DNA from: Microcystaceae cyanobacterium
GTDB taxonomy: Bacteria > Cyanobacteriota > Cyanobacteriia > Cyanobacteriales > Microcystaceae
Length of the DNA: 64,000 bases
Reading direction: 5' to 3'
Assembly (NCBI GenBank): GCA_041746575.1
Contig: JBGTGT010000055.1
Location: 1 to 64,000 of the forward strand
The first letter of the stretch is position 1. Every line of letters begins with the position of its first letter. Shown here one piece after another: positions 10,460-20,448 of the stretch. Under the pieces are notes generated by a model. That model was not told where the DNA came from. It did no database searches and was given only the letters and a program-made list of their open reading frames with translations. Made by a program: the position numbers and the translations under genes.

Positions 10460-12658
10460 ATGACCGTTGCTAGCACAATACCAGCATTTTGTCAAGGAAT
10501 TCAATATTTTGGGCAAGACTTACCCGAATTTAAGAAATATATCAGTGAAGTTGCGATTAAAGAAGGAAAAACGGCGATTTCGTCCCCTAGTGACCCTGTA
10601 GCAGTTTATCAAACCCTCTTAGCGGCGGATGCTTTACGTTATTTAACCCTGCAAACCACTGCCACCAAAGCGTCAGGACATCCGGGGGGATTTGCCAGTA
10701 TTGCAGAAGCGATCGCATCCTTAGTGATGTTAGGTCATAAAAATATCATCACCGAAGTCGGACATCATGCACCTGGATTTTACAGTAATATGTTCCTTGA
10801 CCGTTCCCTCGAAGACATGGGTATTAAGACGGTAGAACAAATGGGAGAACGTTACCGAGAGATGCACGGACTTTTAGGTCATCTTTCGGGACAAATTCCC
10901 GGATTATTGAACCCTGCAGGTCCTCTGGGACAGGGACAACACTTTGCCATGGCTGGTGCAAAACTGCATCCGGGGATATTATTTCCCGTGACGATTGGAG
11001 ATGGGGGACTGGGTGAGCCTTATATAACAAGCAGTTTTGGGCATTTCAATACGGCTTATCCGAAAATTACGAACTTTTTGCCTATTTTAGTTTGGAATGG
11101 TTATTCCCAAGAACATCACAGCATGGTATCAACAAAAACCAACGCAGAGATGATTAACTATTGGCAAGGCAATGGGTTTCAAGAAGTTATCTTAATCAAT
11201 GCCAAAGACTTCGATGATACCAACCAAGCAGGGGAATATGTAGATAGCACTCAGTTTTCCATGGCAAAACGCTTAGAATTTATGCAAGCTGTCTTAGAAG
11301 CCACCGATAAAGCGGCAAAATCGGCATTAGGGGGTACATTAACCGTCCTAATTGTCAAACAGCTCAAAGGCGCAGGGGTTCACAAACGGGGTGCGGCTTC
11401 TCATAATTTATATGCAGGAGACACCTTAGAGAAGGATTATATTGTTAAAGCGCTGCAAGAGCGAGCCTTATCTCCGCGAGCATGGCAAATCGTCCGAACC
11501 AACTTTGAGCGCGCCGCAGGAGGCTCGGCATCCCATCAGGTGGTAACGGAGCAAGAATTATCCTTACCCGATTTAGGCCGTCTCCCCTTAAATGAATTTC
11601 CGGTACAGGGAGATAAACAGGTAGCAACAACGGCAATGGGGGAATTAGTCGTCTATGTGGGTAAAAAAGATCCCAATTTCGTGATTACGAATGCCGATGG
11701 TAATGCGGCATCAGGAATTAATAACATTAATGTGGGGTTGAAAATTATTCATCCGACGGTTGATGAGACCTATTTTCAGCAACCTCAAGGACAAGTCTAT
11801 GAACCGCTCAGTGAAGATGCTTGTGCGGGTTTAGCGGCGAGTTTAGCTTTATTTGGTGCAAGAACACTATGGTGTTCTTATGAGTCTTTTGCGATTAATG
11901 GATTACCAATTTGGCAAACGGTGACGCAAGCAATGGCCGAATTACGTCGACCGACTCCTTCTACGATAGCCTTATTCACTGCCGGCGCATTAGAACAAGG
12001 ACGGAATGGTTGGACGCATCAACGGCCAGAAATTGAGAATTATTTTGCGGCAATGATGCGAAATGGCAATGTTTTCCCTCTATTTCCTTGTGATGCTAAT
12101 AGTATTCAAGTTTGCTATGAATGGGCATTACATACGAAGAATAAAGGGGTTACCATTACAGCGAGTAAATCTCCTTTACCCATTCGCACAACCGTTGCAC
12201 AAACTCGTCAAGGGTTACAAGATGGTGGCATTATCTTACACGAAACCGAAGGTAAGAAAAAAGTCGTTTTTGCGGTGATTGGGGATATGACCTTAATTCC
12301 CGTTTTTGAAGCAGCAACGCGTCTTGAAAATGAAGGAATGGGTGTCCGCATTGTTTCGGTGATTAACCCCCGTCGTTTATATCGCCCCGATGACGTATCG
12401 TGGCAAACTTGTACGGAAAAAGAAAGTCATTTTTTAGACGATCATGGCTTTGAAATGCTATTCGGTGGCGATGCGTTAATTGGCGTAACAGGAGGAAGTT
12501 CTGCGATGTTAGAACCCATTATGTTACGCAGTAATTGTCAACGGGATACTTTCGCTTGGAAACGGGGTGAAACCACCGCCAGTGCCGGGGAAATTATGGC
12601 CTTTAATGGGTTAACCGCCGAGGCGTTAAGTAACCGTGCGATCGCTTTGGTTAAATAG
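10460..12658 (+). CDS. Cyanobacterial phosphoketolase/transketolase-like ThDP enzyme
   Basis: SGHPGG, GPLGQG, ThDP motif IGDG..WNG, NGWTHQRPE. Confidence 0.85.
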   Translation: MTVASTIPAFCQGIQYFGQDLPEFKKYISEVAIKEGKTAISSPSDPVAVYQTLLAADALRYLTLQTTATKASGHPGGFASIAEAIASLVMLGHKNIITEVGHHAPGFYSNMFLDRSLEDMGIKTVEQMGERYREMHGLLGHLSGQIPGLLNPAGPLGQGQHFAMAGAKLHPGILFPVTIGDGGLGEPYITSSFGHFNTAYPKITNFLPILVWNGYSQEHHSMVSTKTNAEMINYWQGNGFQEVILINAKDFDDTNQAGEYVDSTQFSMAKRLEFMQAVLEATDKAAKSALGGTLTVLIVKQLKGAGVHKRGAASHNLYAGDTLEKDYIVKALQERALSPRAWQIVRTNFERAAGGSASHQVVTEQELSLPDLGRLPLNEFPVQGDKQVATTAMGELVVYVGKKDPNFVITNADGNAASGINNINVGLKIIHPTVDETYFQQPQGQVYEPLSEDACAGLAASLALFGARTLWCSYESFAINGLPIWQTVTQAMAELRRPTPSTIALFTAGALEQGRNGWTHQRPEIENYFAAMMRNGNVFPLFPCDANSIQVCYEWALHTKNKGVTITASKSPLPIRTTVAQTRQGLQDGGIILHETEGKKKVVFAVIGDMTLIPVFEAATRLENEGMGVRIVSVINPRRLYRPDDVSWQTCTEKESHFLDDHGFEMLFGGDALIGVTGGSSAMLEPIMLRSNCQRDTFAWKRGETTASAGEIMAFNGLTAEALSNRAIALVK

Positions 12659-12786
12659 GGTTATGATTTTAAGGTGGGCTATTGATGTCCACCTTTATCT
12701 ATCTTTCGCCGATTATAAATATACGAAGAAAAGCAGTATTTTAAGTCTCTTGCTCATAAGAATTTCTCTATTGTGAAAACAAATTA

Positions 12787-13320
12787 ATGATTGCAGAAGG
12801 AGGACAAGTTATAGAAATGATTGATTTAAGACAAGCGGTATATTATGAATTTGTTGATGATATTACTGTGGAGATTTTTGATCAATATAAATGGGGACTA
12901 AAAAGACTCGGAATTGACTTTTCTCAAGAGCTTTTAGAGATGATTGTCTATTGTTCATTTGGCTTAGAAAGTACATTACTTGCTTTTTGTGCTTGGACTT
13001 TACGCAAAAAAGAAAAAGGAGAAAGCTTTAGTCGCGAATTATTAACAAATATTTTAATTGATGCCTTGAGAGAAGGGTGGATTCCCAGCGAGTTTCAAAA
13101 AGATTATCTTAAAAAGCACGGTAATATTTTAACTCATCCAAGAGAATCAATTTGGAAAGAAGCCGAAAAAATACTGGGATATGAGTTGAGGAACCAAACC
13201 ATCTCTGATATTACAGAAGAAGGTCAGTTGATTTTTAGGAATAATTTACAACTTACACCCAATGACACTGATAAATTGGCTATTTTAAGAACATATATTG
13301 TTAGATTAGTGAATGATTGA
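12787..13320 (+). CDS. Hypothetical protein (AT-rich)
   Basis: 177-aa ORF, no motif recognised. Confidence 0.55.
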   Translation: MIAEGGQVIEMIDLRQAVYYEFVDDITVEIFDQYKWGLKRLGIDFSQELLEMIVYCSFGLESTLLAFCAWTLRKKEKGESFSRELLTNILIDALREGWIPSEFQKDYLKKHGNILTHPRESIWKEAEKILGYELRNQTISDITEEGQLIFRNNLQLTPNDTDKLAILRTYIVRLVND

Positions 13321-13423
13321 AACTTGAAGTTTTGAATTCCTATTGTCCTTTTTTAACGCAATATTAAATTCGATTTTGATTAACGTGAATTTACCGTCAA
13401 ACCCACGTTAACAAAGGAGTCAT

Positions 13424-14443
13424 TTAAGATTCAATGGGTTTGAAACCATGTTTGAGCGAAAATTCGCCAATCTTTTCCATTTTCTCGACGGTAATTTGAT
13501 TACGTCCCCAAGAAAAATTGGTGTGATATTGTTCAAATTCTAGTAACATTGCTTCAGCAAAACAAGCAAACATTTGACGATTTGGCACATCCATGCTGAC
13601 AATTTCCATGATTTTCCAGTTAATATCGAGGAAATGTTCGACAATTCCCCCATTTAAAACCGTCACATCGGGATGTTGAATTTTGGTGCCTAAATTTTTG
13701 GGATAACCCCCATCAAGAATTAAACAGGGTTTTTTTAGGGTTTCTGGTCGAATCTCTACCCCTTTGGGCATACTAGCGACCCAAACAATCACATCTGCTA
13801 AGGGTAACGCCTCTTCTAACCCCATAATCTTACCCCGTCCCAGTTCCGCCTGTAAAGCATTTAAACGTTCTTGGTTACGAGCAATATAGAGTAAATCAGC
13901 GACATCTGATTTCTGATCGAGCCAGCGACAGACTGCACTGCCAATATCTCCAGTTGCACCACAAACAGCAACAGTTGCTTTAGATAAGTCTATATTTAAT
14001 TTCTTAGAAACCGTTTCCACTTGACGACAAATCACATAAGCCGTATGCGTGTTACCTGTCGTAAAACGATTGAAGTCTAATTCGACATTGCGAACTTGTC
14101 GGTTATTTTTCAGGTCAAATTCTTCAAAAATAATGGAAGAAAAGCCACCTAGCGCAGTAATGTTCAAATCTGCCTTTTGCGCTAAAGCCATAGCGTTTAA
14201 AATTTTCCGAATAGCCGCTTTAACTCGACGATTCATCAACATTTCAGGTAAGAAGCAAGATTCCACATACTTGCCTTCAATGATTTGTCCTGTCGCACTT
14301 TTAACCTGAAAATGATCTACAATTTGCGGGGGTGCAGAACACCAAAAATCAAGACCTTCATTGGCGTATTCGGGATAACCAAGGACTTCTGCAACGGATT
14401 GAGCGTGTTCTAAACTGGTAAGATGACCAATAAGACCAAACAT
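13424..14443 (-). CDS. aar: Long-chain acyl-ACP reductase (alkane pathway)
   Basis: [16 protein letters not shown]-terminus, [30 protein letters not shown]. Confidence 0.95.
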   Translation of the reverse strand: MFGLIGHLTSLEHAQSVAEVLGYPEYANEGLDFWCSAPPQIVDHFQVKSATGQIIEGKYVESCFLPEMLMNRRVKAAIRKILNAMALAQKADLNITALGGFSSIIFEEFDLKNNRQVRNVELDFNRFTTGNTHTAYVICRQVETVSKKLNIDLSKATVAVCGATGDIGSAVCRWLDQKSDVADLLYIARNQERLNALQAELGRGKIMGLEEALPLADVIVWVASMPKGVEIRPETLKKPCLILDGGYPKNLGTKIQHPDVTVLNGGIVEHFLDINWKIMEIVSMDVPNRQMFACFAEAMLLEFEQYHTNFSWGRNQITVEKMEKIGEFSLKHGFKPIES

Positions 14444-14747
14444 AGATTAAAAAGATAGGATTAGGTAACGTCAATAAGAAGAATAAGGAATTTTGAACAG
14501 TATCCTTTCAAAGATGATTAAGACTTCTTAACTATCATAGCGAAAAAAGGCCATTTTGAGGCTAACCCTATTTTTCCCGAACAAAAAAAGACGGTATTCA
14601 AAAATATTTTTGCTTATTTGTTCCTGTTTTTTTGGTCTCTATCTGCAACTGCAATGGATATTACAACCCCATCAAACTGTTGATTAGATAGTACATATTA
14701 TAGTCTCAAGGCATTTTGTCTTTTTTTATACTGTGAAGTGAGAACAG

Positions 14748-15326
14748 ATGATCATTAATCCCAGGCAAATTAATTTAGATTCCCTTCATCTAACTGATGA
14801 ACCATTTTATCAACTGTGTCAAGATAACCGAGATTTGCACCTTGAAAGAAATGTCAAAGGAGACTTAATTATTATGCCACCGATGGGAGGAAAAACAGGT
14901 CATAAAAATGCCAAATTAACTCAAAAACTAGAAAACTGGATGGACGAAGAAGATACAGGAATTTGCTTTGATTCATCAACAGGATTTAAGCTGCCAAATG
15001 GTGCAGAAAGATCTTCTGATGCCGCTTGGATACCTTTAGCAAAGTGACCTAATTTAACGCTTCAACAACGTCAAAAGTTTTTACCTTTATGTCCCGATTT
15101 TGTAATTGAATTTCGCTCCAAAAGTGATTACCTAAAATCTTTACCAGAGAAGAAGAAAGAATATAAAGAAAATGGCACAAAATTAGAATGGTTGCTCAAT
15201 TGCAAAGAGAGACAAGTGGAAATTTATCGTCAAGGAAAAGCAGTCAAAATTTTAGAGAATCCCAGTACCTTATCAGGAGAGAATGTGTTATCAAATTTTG
15301 TTTTAGATTTAGAATTTGTTGGGTAG
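14748..15326 (+). pseudogene. Uma2-family endonuclease with an internal stop
   Basis: FDSSTGFKLPNGAERSSDAAW, TGA at 15045-15047, then in-frame FLPLCPDFVIEFRS..ENG..VEIYR..LSGENVL to TAG at 15326. Confidence 0.9.
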
Positions 15327-15374
15327 CATCTAAGCAAAAGAAATTATCAATTAAATTATCTTGAAAACCAAGAA

Positions 15375-15530
15375 GGGTAAGAGAGGATGCTGTTCTAAAC
15401 TTTCGATTCTAGACAAATTTTGCTAACGTTACTATATTGGAGAGAGTATAAAACCTTCTTTCATATAAGGCAAGATTGGGGAGTTCATGAGTCGACAGCT
15501 AGTCGAATAGTAAAAAGAATTTACGATATT
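15375..15530 (+). mobile_element. IS5-family transposase fragment (HTH region only)
   Basis: QILLTLLYWREYKTFFHIRQDWGVHESTASRIVKRI is typical of cyanobacterial IS5-like transposases; similarity is lost after about 15525. Confidence 0.75.
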
Positions 15531-15591
15531 CTAATTAGCTACCTAATTAGAATATCGCAAGAGGTCTATTATGATGACTTTATGTCCCGTA

Positions 15592-16374
15592 TCATAACCA
15601 TCCTTGTAGCCTATAAATCAGAATTCCCATATACTCTTTTAACGCTAATGTGGTTAGGGATAAACGATGAGCATCAGGCAACAATCCTAATAGCAGTCCT
15701 TCCAAACTAAAGGGATCTTCTTCTCTTGTCACAAAGAAGTCCGTCGGCGCAGGAATTACGTCAATACCGAGTTTTTTAAAGATTAAGAGGGAGCGGGGCA
15801 GGTGAAAAGCGGAGGTTACCAAGATAATTTGTTTAATTCCTTGGCTTTCTAGAATTTTCTGCACATTCACTGCATTTTGATAGGTGTTTAAAGAGTCGGG
15901 TTCTTGCGTAATAATCTGAGCAGGAATTCCCATTAATTGAAGAACTTCTGCCATATCTTGGGCTTCTGAGCGAGTATTTCCAGACCAGCTAATTCTACCG
16001 CCAGCAACAATAATCAAAGGGGCTTTTTGTTCTCGATAAAGCTTAACGCCATATAATAAGCGATCGCCATGTTCATTCAAATCTACCATTGGACGCGGGG
16101 CTACGGGGGATTTTGTTGCCCCCCCTAAAATTACAATCGCATCGGCTTGCGGTATATCAGTAGGAGGAATAATACGGCTTTCTAGCGATCGCATCAGACC
16201 CTCACTTACCCAAGCATTACTAGCAAGTAAAATCACGAATAAGGCGATTAGAAGGGGATAGGGAGTCCAACGGGAACGTCTGCCCCACAAAAATAAAGTA
16301 ATAACCAACAAAACACAGGTTAATCCCAACGGATAGAGAAATAGAGGTAATATTTTGGATAGAAAGAGAAACAT
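15592..16374 (-). CDS. YdcF/ElyC (DUF218) family protein
   Basis: DAIVILGG, SEAQDM, SLNTYQNA, LVTSAFHLPR. Confidence 0.9.
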   Translation of the reverse strand: MFLFLSKILPLFLYPLGLTCVLLVITLFLWGRRSRWTPYPLLIALFVILLASNAWVSEGLMRSLESRIIPPTDIPQADAIVILGGATKSPVAPRPMVDLNEHGDRLLYGVKLYREQKAPLIIVAGGRISWSGNTRSEAQDMAEVLQLMGIPAQIITQEPDSLNTYQNAVNVQKILESQGIKQIILVTSAFHLPRSLLIFKKLGIDVIPAPTDFFVTREEDPFSLEGLLLGLLPDAHRLSLTTLALKEYMGILIYRLQGWL

Positions 16375-17410
16375 TTGAGTTGATGAGGAATATTATTTTT
16401 ACGCTTCGCGAATAATGGGTAAATCTAGCCAATCACTCAGTTCACCCACTAGCCAATCTAATTCAATTTCAGATAGTAAACCTTCTCCACCAATTGTAAA
16501 CTTTTTCGTTCCTGCCCAAATATTAATTTGTGGCTTAACTTCTGTCTTGCTACCTTCAGAGCTACTTTTGTATGATATCTTAGTCCGTTCTAACTTAATG
16601 ATATTATGGCGTGATGCTGGACGAGGACGTTGATAATTTAAACCAAAAAGTCGGTACTTCAAAGTGATTTTTTCTGAATTAATTTGTAACCAAACTTGTC
16701 CAAAAAGGGCGAACAAAATCCGCAAGGTGAACCAAATACCGACTCCGACATGCACTAGAGGGAAAAAAACAGCAAACCACTCTATTGTATTCATCGAATT
16801 CCCTGAACGGAGTGCCATTAGATACCAGTTTACCAAAAATCCATTCCAAACAGCTGCAAATCCAATGGTAGGCAATAACTCAAGGGTAAATCCTCGAGGC
16901 GGAATATAAATTTCCAGAAAATTATGCCTTTTATTAAGAATTACTTGAGAATCCGCGGGTTTTGTAGAAACTAAAAAAGCTTTTTTTCTGGTTTCTTCCT
17001 TTTCCAAAGCTTGTAATGCTTGATTAGCCGATTTCAATCGATGGTCAAGAGCAGGTTCAGTCATCCATTGTAACCAATCAATAAAAATAGATGAAAAGCT
17101 CACATGATTTTCAAAACAAATTTTAAGATTTCTTTGCGGCAAATCTGCCGGATGTTGTCCAGATGCTAGATAAATCAGTGTGCCCCTAAAGCGTACAGAT
17201 CAGAAGCAGGTACGGCTCGTTCTCCAAATTGTTCGGGAGGCATATAGCCGTAAGTTCCCACAACGGTTCGACGAGTTCCCTTTTCGCTAGCCGCCGCTTG
17301 CACAGAGCCAAAATCAACCAGATAGATTTGACCGACGCTATTCCCTGAACGATGGCCAGTAAAATGTTATTTGGCTTAATATCACGATGGATAATAGGAG
17401 GATATCGACT

Positions 17411-17650
17411 ATGAAGATAAGTCAGAACTTGTGAACTGTCCCGACGCTGACGCAAACGTACAGCGCGGGCTTCTTACCCAGAGACAAGCGCAGTAGTAGA
17501 TTTCTTTCGTCCTCTATTACTACGACTTACAGTCTGGCGATAAGCTTCTTGATGAAGTTGTTCATGGGGGAGACCCCCAAGACCACACTTCATCGCTTTA
17601 TCCCGCGTCCCACAGGTCAAAATTCGTAGTCCCTCATCTCTGAGATTAAT
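17411..17650 (-). ncRNA. Predicted TnpB omega/re-RNA (scaffold = tnpB 3' end plus right end; guide = flank AAGTTCTGACTTATCTTCAT)
   Basis: Inferred from the known IS200/IS605 architecture; 5' boundary approximate. Confidence 0.5.
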
Positions 17651-18748
17651 TGCGGCGTTAACATCTCTGTCGTGTTTTGTCTGGCAGTTTTCACAAGTCC
17701 AATGTCTGATATCAAGCGGCAAACTACCCACCTGATTTAAGCAAACATGACAAGTTTTTGATGAAGGGAAAAACCTATCAACTTCTTGATAAATCTTACC
17801 CTCATTTTCTGCTTTGTATTTAAGCAGGGTCATGAACATTCCCCATCCAACTTGTGCGATTGCTTTAGCTAGACAGTGGTTTTTCATCATGCCTTTTACA
17901 TTAAGATTCTCTGTCACAATGACTTGGTTTTCGTCTACTATCCTACGAGATAGCTTATGTAGATAATCTTCACGGCAGTTCGTTATTTTACGATGTACTC
18001 TAGCAACTTTTCTTCTAGACTTATTACGGTTGCTAGACCCTTCTTGGTGCAGTTGTTCATGGGGGAAACCCCCAAGACCACACTGCACCGCTTTTTGTTT
18101 TCTAGATAGTTGCTGCTGTTTTAGCTTTAAATTCTTTTCATGTTTGGCTAGGAATCTTGGATTGTCAAATTTAGAGCCATCGCTAGTAATAGCAAAATGG
18201 GTTAAACCTACATCAACACCTATCGCTTTTCCTTCTGTGGATGATTCTGGTTGTTCTTGATCATCTTTAAATAATATAGAAGCAAAGTATTGGTTACAGC
18301 AATTTTTAGATACAGTAACCGTTTTGATTGTACCCTCTATAGGTCTATGGATAATCGCTTTTATTTCTCCAATCTTTGGAAGGTTCAAGCTTTTTTCTAG
18401 AACTTTGACATTTTGAGGATACTGAATAGACTGTTTACCCTGTTTTGACTTAAACTTAGGATACCTTGCCCTACGTTCAAAAAAGTTATTAAAGGCAACT
18501 CCAAGATTTAAACAGGCTTGCTGTAAACACTGGGAATAAGTCAGTTTTAACCATTCATGCTCTTTTTTAAGAGCAGGTATTAGTTTCTTAACTTCATATC
18601 CAGACAAACCCTTCCCTGTCTCTTTATAGGTCTGATTCATCAAGTTTAGGCAATAATTCCACAGCCAACGAACATTGCCAAAACTTTGTTCTAGCGACTG
18701 TTGTTGTTCTGTATTTGGATATAGCCTTACTTTGACAATCTTTAACAT
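17474..18748 (-). CDS. tnpB: RNA-guided endonuclease TnpB with two 17-aa in-frame insertions
   Basis: KVRLYP HTH, RuvC-I GVDVG, RuvC-II VTENL, Zn finger CHVC/CENC, RuvC-III DRDVNAA. Confidence 0.95.
   Translation of the reverse strand: MLKIVKVRLYPNTEQQQSLEQSFGNVRWLWNYCLNLMNQTYKETGKGLSGYEVKKLIPALKKEHEWLKLTYSQCLQQACLNLGVAFNNFFERRARYPKFKSKQGKQSIQYPQNVKVLEKSLNLPKIGEIKAIIHRPIEGTIKTVTVSKNCCNQYFASILFKDDQEQPESSTEGKAIGVDVGLTHFAITSDGSKFDNPRFLAKHEKNLKLKQQQLSRKQKAVQCGLGGFPHEQLHQEGSSNRNKSRRKVARVHRKITNCREDYLHKLSRRIVDENQVIVTENLNVKGMMKNHCLAKAIAQVGWGMFMTLLKYKAENEGKIYQEVDRFFPSSKTCHVCLNQVGSLPLDIRHWTCENCQTKHDRDVNAAINLRDEGLRILTCGTRDKAMKCGLGGLPHEQLHQEAYRQTVSRSNRGRKKSTTALVSG
17546..17596 (-). repeat. 51-bp hairpin insertion, copy B (encodes AMKCGLGGLPHEQLHQE)
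   Basis: Outer stem GATGAAGT/ACTTCATC, inner stem TGGGGG-TCT-CCCCCA, flanking AAG duplication. Confidence 0.9.
18041..18091 (-). repeat. 51-bp hairpin insertion, copy A (encodes AVQCGLGGFPHEQLHQE)
   Basis: Outer stem GGTGCAGT/ACTGCACC, inner stem TGGGGG-TTT-CCCCCA, flanking AAG duplication; interrupts the usual SRKQK-GSSNR. Confidence 0.9.
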
Positions 18749-19485
18749 ACTTAGAGTGAATTGAATATCTTATAAAATATCTTAGCACAAGATTTTGATT
18801 GTGTGGCAAAAGTTTATTGGTCAATTTTCGGGGCATTGAACCCCTCAATTGACGAAGTCAGAGGAAGCCTCGGCTTTCCAAGCCGGAGTACCGATGACCC
18901 GCCTTTCATCCCGACGCTGACCCTATCGGGTACAGCGCGGGGCTTCTCTGCGGTGAGCTAATAGGGCTTTGGCAATTTGCTTTAACTCAGTTTCACTGAA
19001 GGTTCGTCCTGATTGAACCTGTTGTTCTAGGGAAGGCGCATCATATAGCTTTGTACCAGCGCAAAACCTCTATTCGAAAGACTTTCAGTCTCAAAGTAGT
19101 CAATATAGCGAGGAATGGCAGGATGCTCAAGCTCTTTTAAGGTCTGAGCTTCACGTTCAAACAGTTTAACCGTTTCCCATGTTAGTCCACTATTAAAAAT
19201 CAATCGTTTAACCACCACTAAATTTTGAGTTTGTCTGTCAAAAGCGAGTAGCGTCTGCTGACCCAATCCAAATCCTAGCTCTCGTCGAATTTCATAACGC
19301 CCTTGTAATACCTGCTCATTCATTAAAGCCACCTTAGAAATCTAGTAACTTTTGCTAATTTCTTTTGTTCTTATACGCAACAATTAGGCTACAAGGTTCA
19401 TCTCAATTTTTACTAAAAAGCGTAATAAGTCTTAACCATTGGAACATCCAACTTAACGAGAATTTTTTAAGTACCTATTTGAAGT

Positions 19486-20400
19486 CTATGCTTCCCCTGC
19501 ATGATAGGAACTTCTGACCAACGGCGCAGAACGAACCTGAGAAAACCCCATTGAACGGGCAATTTCGCCTAATTCTTCAAATTCTTCAGGTGTCCAGTAT
19601 CTTTGGACGGGTAAATGCTCCAAAGATGGACGCATATATTGACCTAGAGTGAGGCGATCGCAATCAATTTGGCGTAAATTCTGTAATGTTTCGATAATTT
19701 CCCTTTTTGTTTCCCCGTGGCCTAGCATTATGCCTGATTTCGTGGCAATCGTTGGCTCAAATTCCTTAACCCACCTTAGCACATTGAGCGATCGCTCATA
19801 TTTTGCGCCCCGTCGTACTTTATCCTGTAAGCGATATACCGTTTCGAGATTATGATTATAACAAGCGGGTTTTGCCTGAACAACGGTTTTAACTCTGTTT
19901 TTCTGACTACTTTCTTTGTCTTTGCCCCCAAAGAAATCGGGGGTTAGCACCTCTATCTGCGTTTGCGGATTTAACTGGCGAATCGCCGTCATCGTTTGCA
20001 CAAACCAACCTGCGCCACCGTCTGTCAAATCGTCCCTTGCTACGGAAGTTAAAACGACATAACGTAAGCCCAATAATTTGACTGATTCTGCGATTTTTTG
20101 GGGTTCTTCTGGGTCTAAAGCCATCGGAGCATGACCTTTATCCACTTGACAAAAAGCACAACTGCGGGTGCAAGTCGGCCCCATTAATAAAAAAGTAGCC
20201 GTTTGACGAGCGTAACATTCCCCCCGATTAGGACATCTTCCCTCTTCACAAATGGTATGGATTTGACGCTGTTTAATAATGCGTTGGACGGTGGACAATT
20301 CGCTGGCTCTACCGATAGAACGTTTTAGCCAAGGTGGCAGACTGGTGATTTCATCCCGCCATTGCTGATGAGGAGGAGTTTGGGTCATAAGTTCAGTCAA
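19486..20400 (-). CDS. lipA: Lipoyl synthase
   Basis: [12 protein letters not shown], radical-[17 protein letters not shown]. Confidence 0.96.
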   Translation of the reverse strand: MTELMTQTPPHQQWRDEITSLPPWLKRSIGRASELSTVQRIIKQRQIHTICEEGRCPNRGECYARQTATFLLMGPTCTRSCAFCQVDKGHAPMALDPEEPQKIAESVKLLGLRYVVLTSVARDDLTDGGAGWFVQTMTAIRQLNPQTQIEVLTPDFFGGKDKESSQKNRVKTVVQAKPACYNHNLETVYRLQDKVRRGAKYERSLNVLRWVKEFEPTIATKSGIMLGHGETKREIIETLQNLRQIDCDRLTLGQYMRPSLEHLPVQRYWTPEEFEELGEIARSMGFSQVRSAPLVRSSYHAGEA

Positions 20401-20448
20401 TATAGAATTATGAAGCCATCTTAACGGCTTAGAACGTCAATTTATCAT

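Larger units (their letters stand above)
17431..18957 (-). mobile_element. IS200/IS605-family element, tnpB-only, 1527 bp
   Basis: Near-identical subterminal hairpins CCCGCGCTGTAC..GTCAGCGTCGGG at both ends; inserted 3' of TTAG; right end TCAC; no TSD; removal restores kinase codons TTA-GAA-GTT (ALLEVLTYLH). Confidence 0.93.
16399..19332 (-). pseudogene. Ser/Thr protein kinase with C-terminal TM domain, split by an IS and three frameshifts
   Basis: 5' part 19332-18958 (RYEIRRELG..VVVKRL..LFEREA..HPAIPRY); 3' part 17430-16399 (HRDIKP, DFG, GTYGYMPPEQ, SDLYALG); 1-nt deletions near 19044, 17357 and 17182. Confidence 0.92.

Noticed and set aside
15045..15047. In-frame TGA in Uma2 as recoding (Sec or Trp)
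   Set aside because: It sits where Trp is expected (TGG to TGA). Other motif changes (RSSDA, KLEWL) indicate decay, and TGA is a normal stop elsewhere in the window.
15420..15710. 96-aa ORF as a real gene
   Set aside because: An IS5 fragment reading through into the antisense strand of the YdcF gene.
17186..17455. 89-aa ORF
   Set aside because: A chimera of the IS right end and a frameshifted kinase segment.
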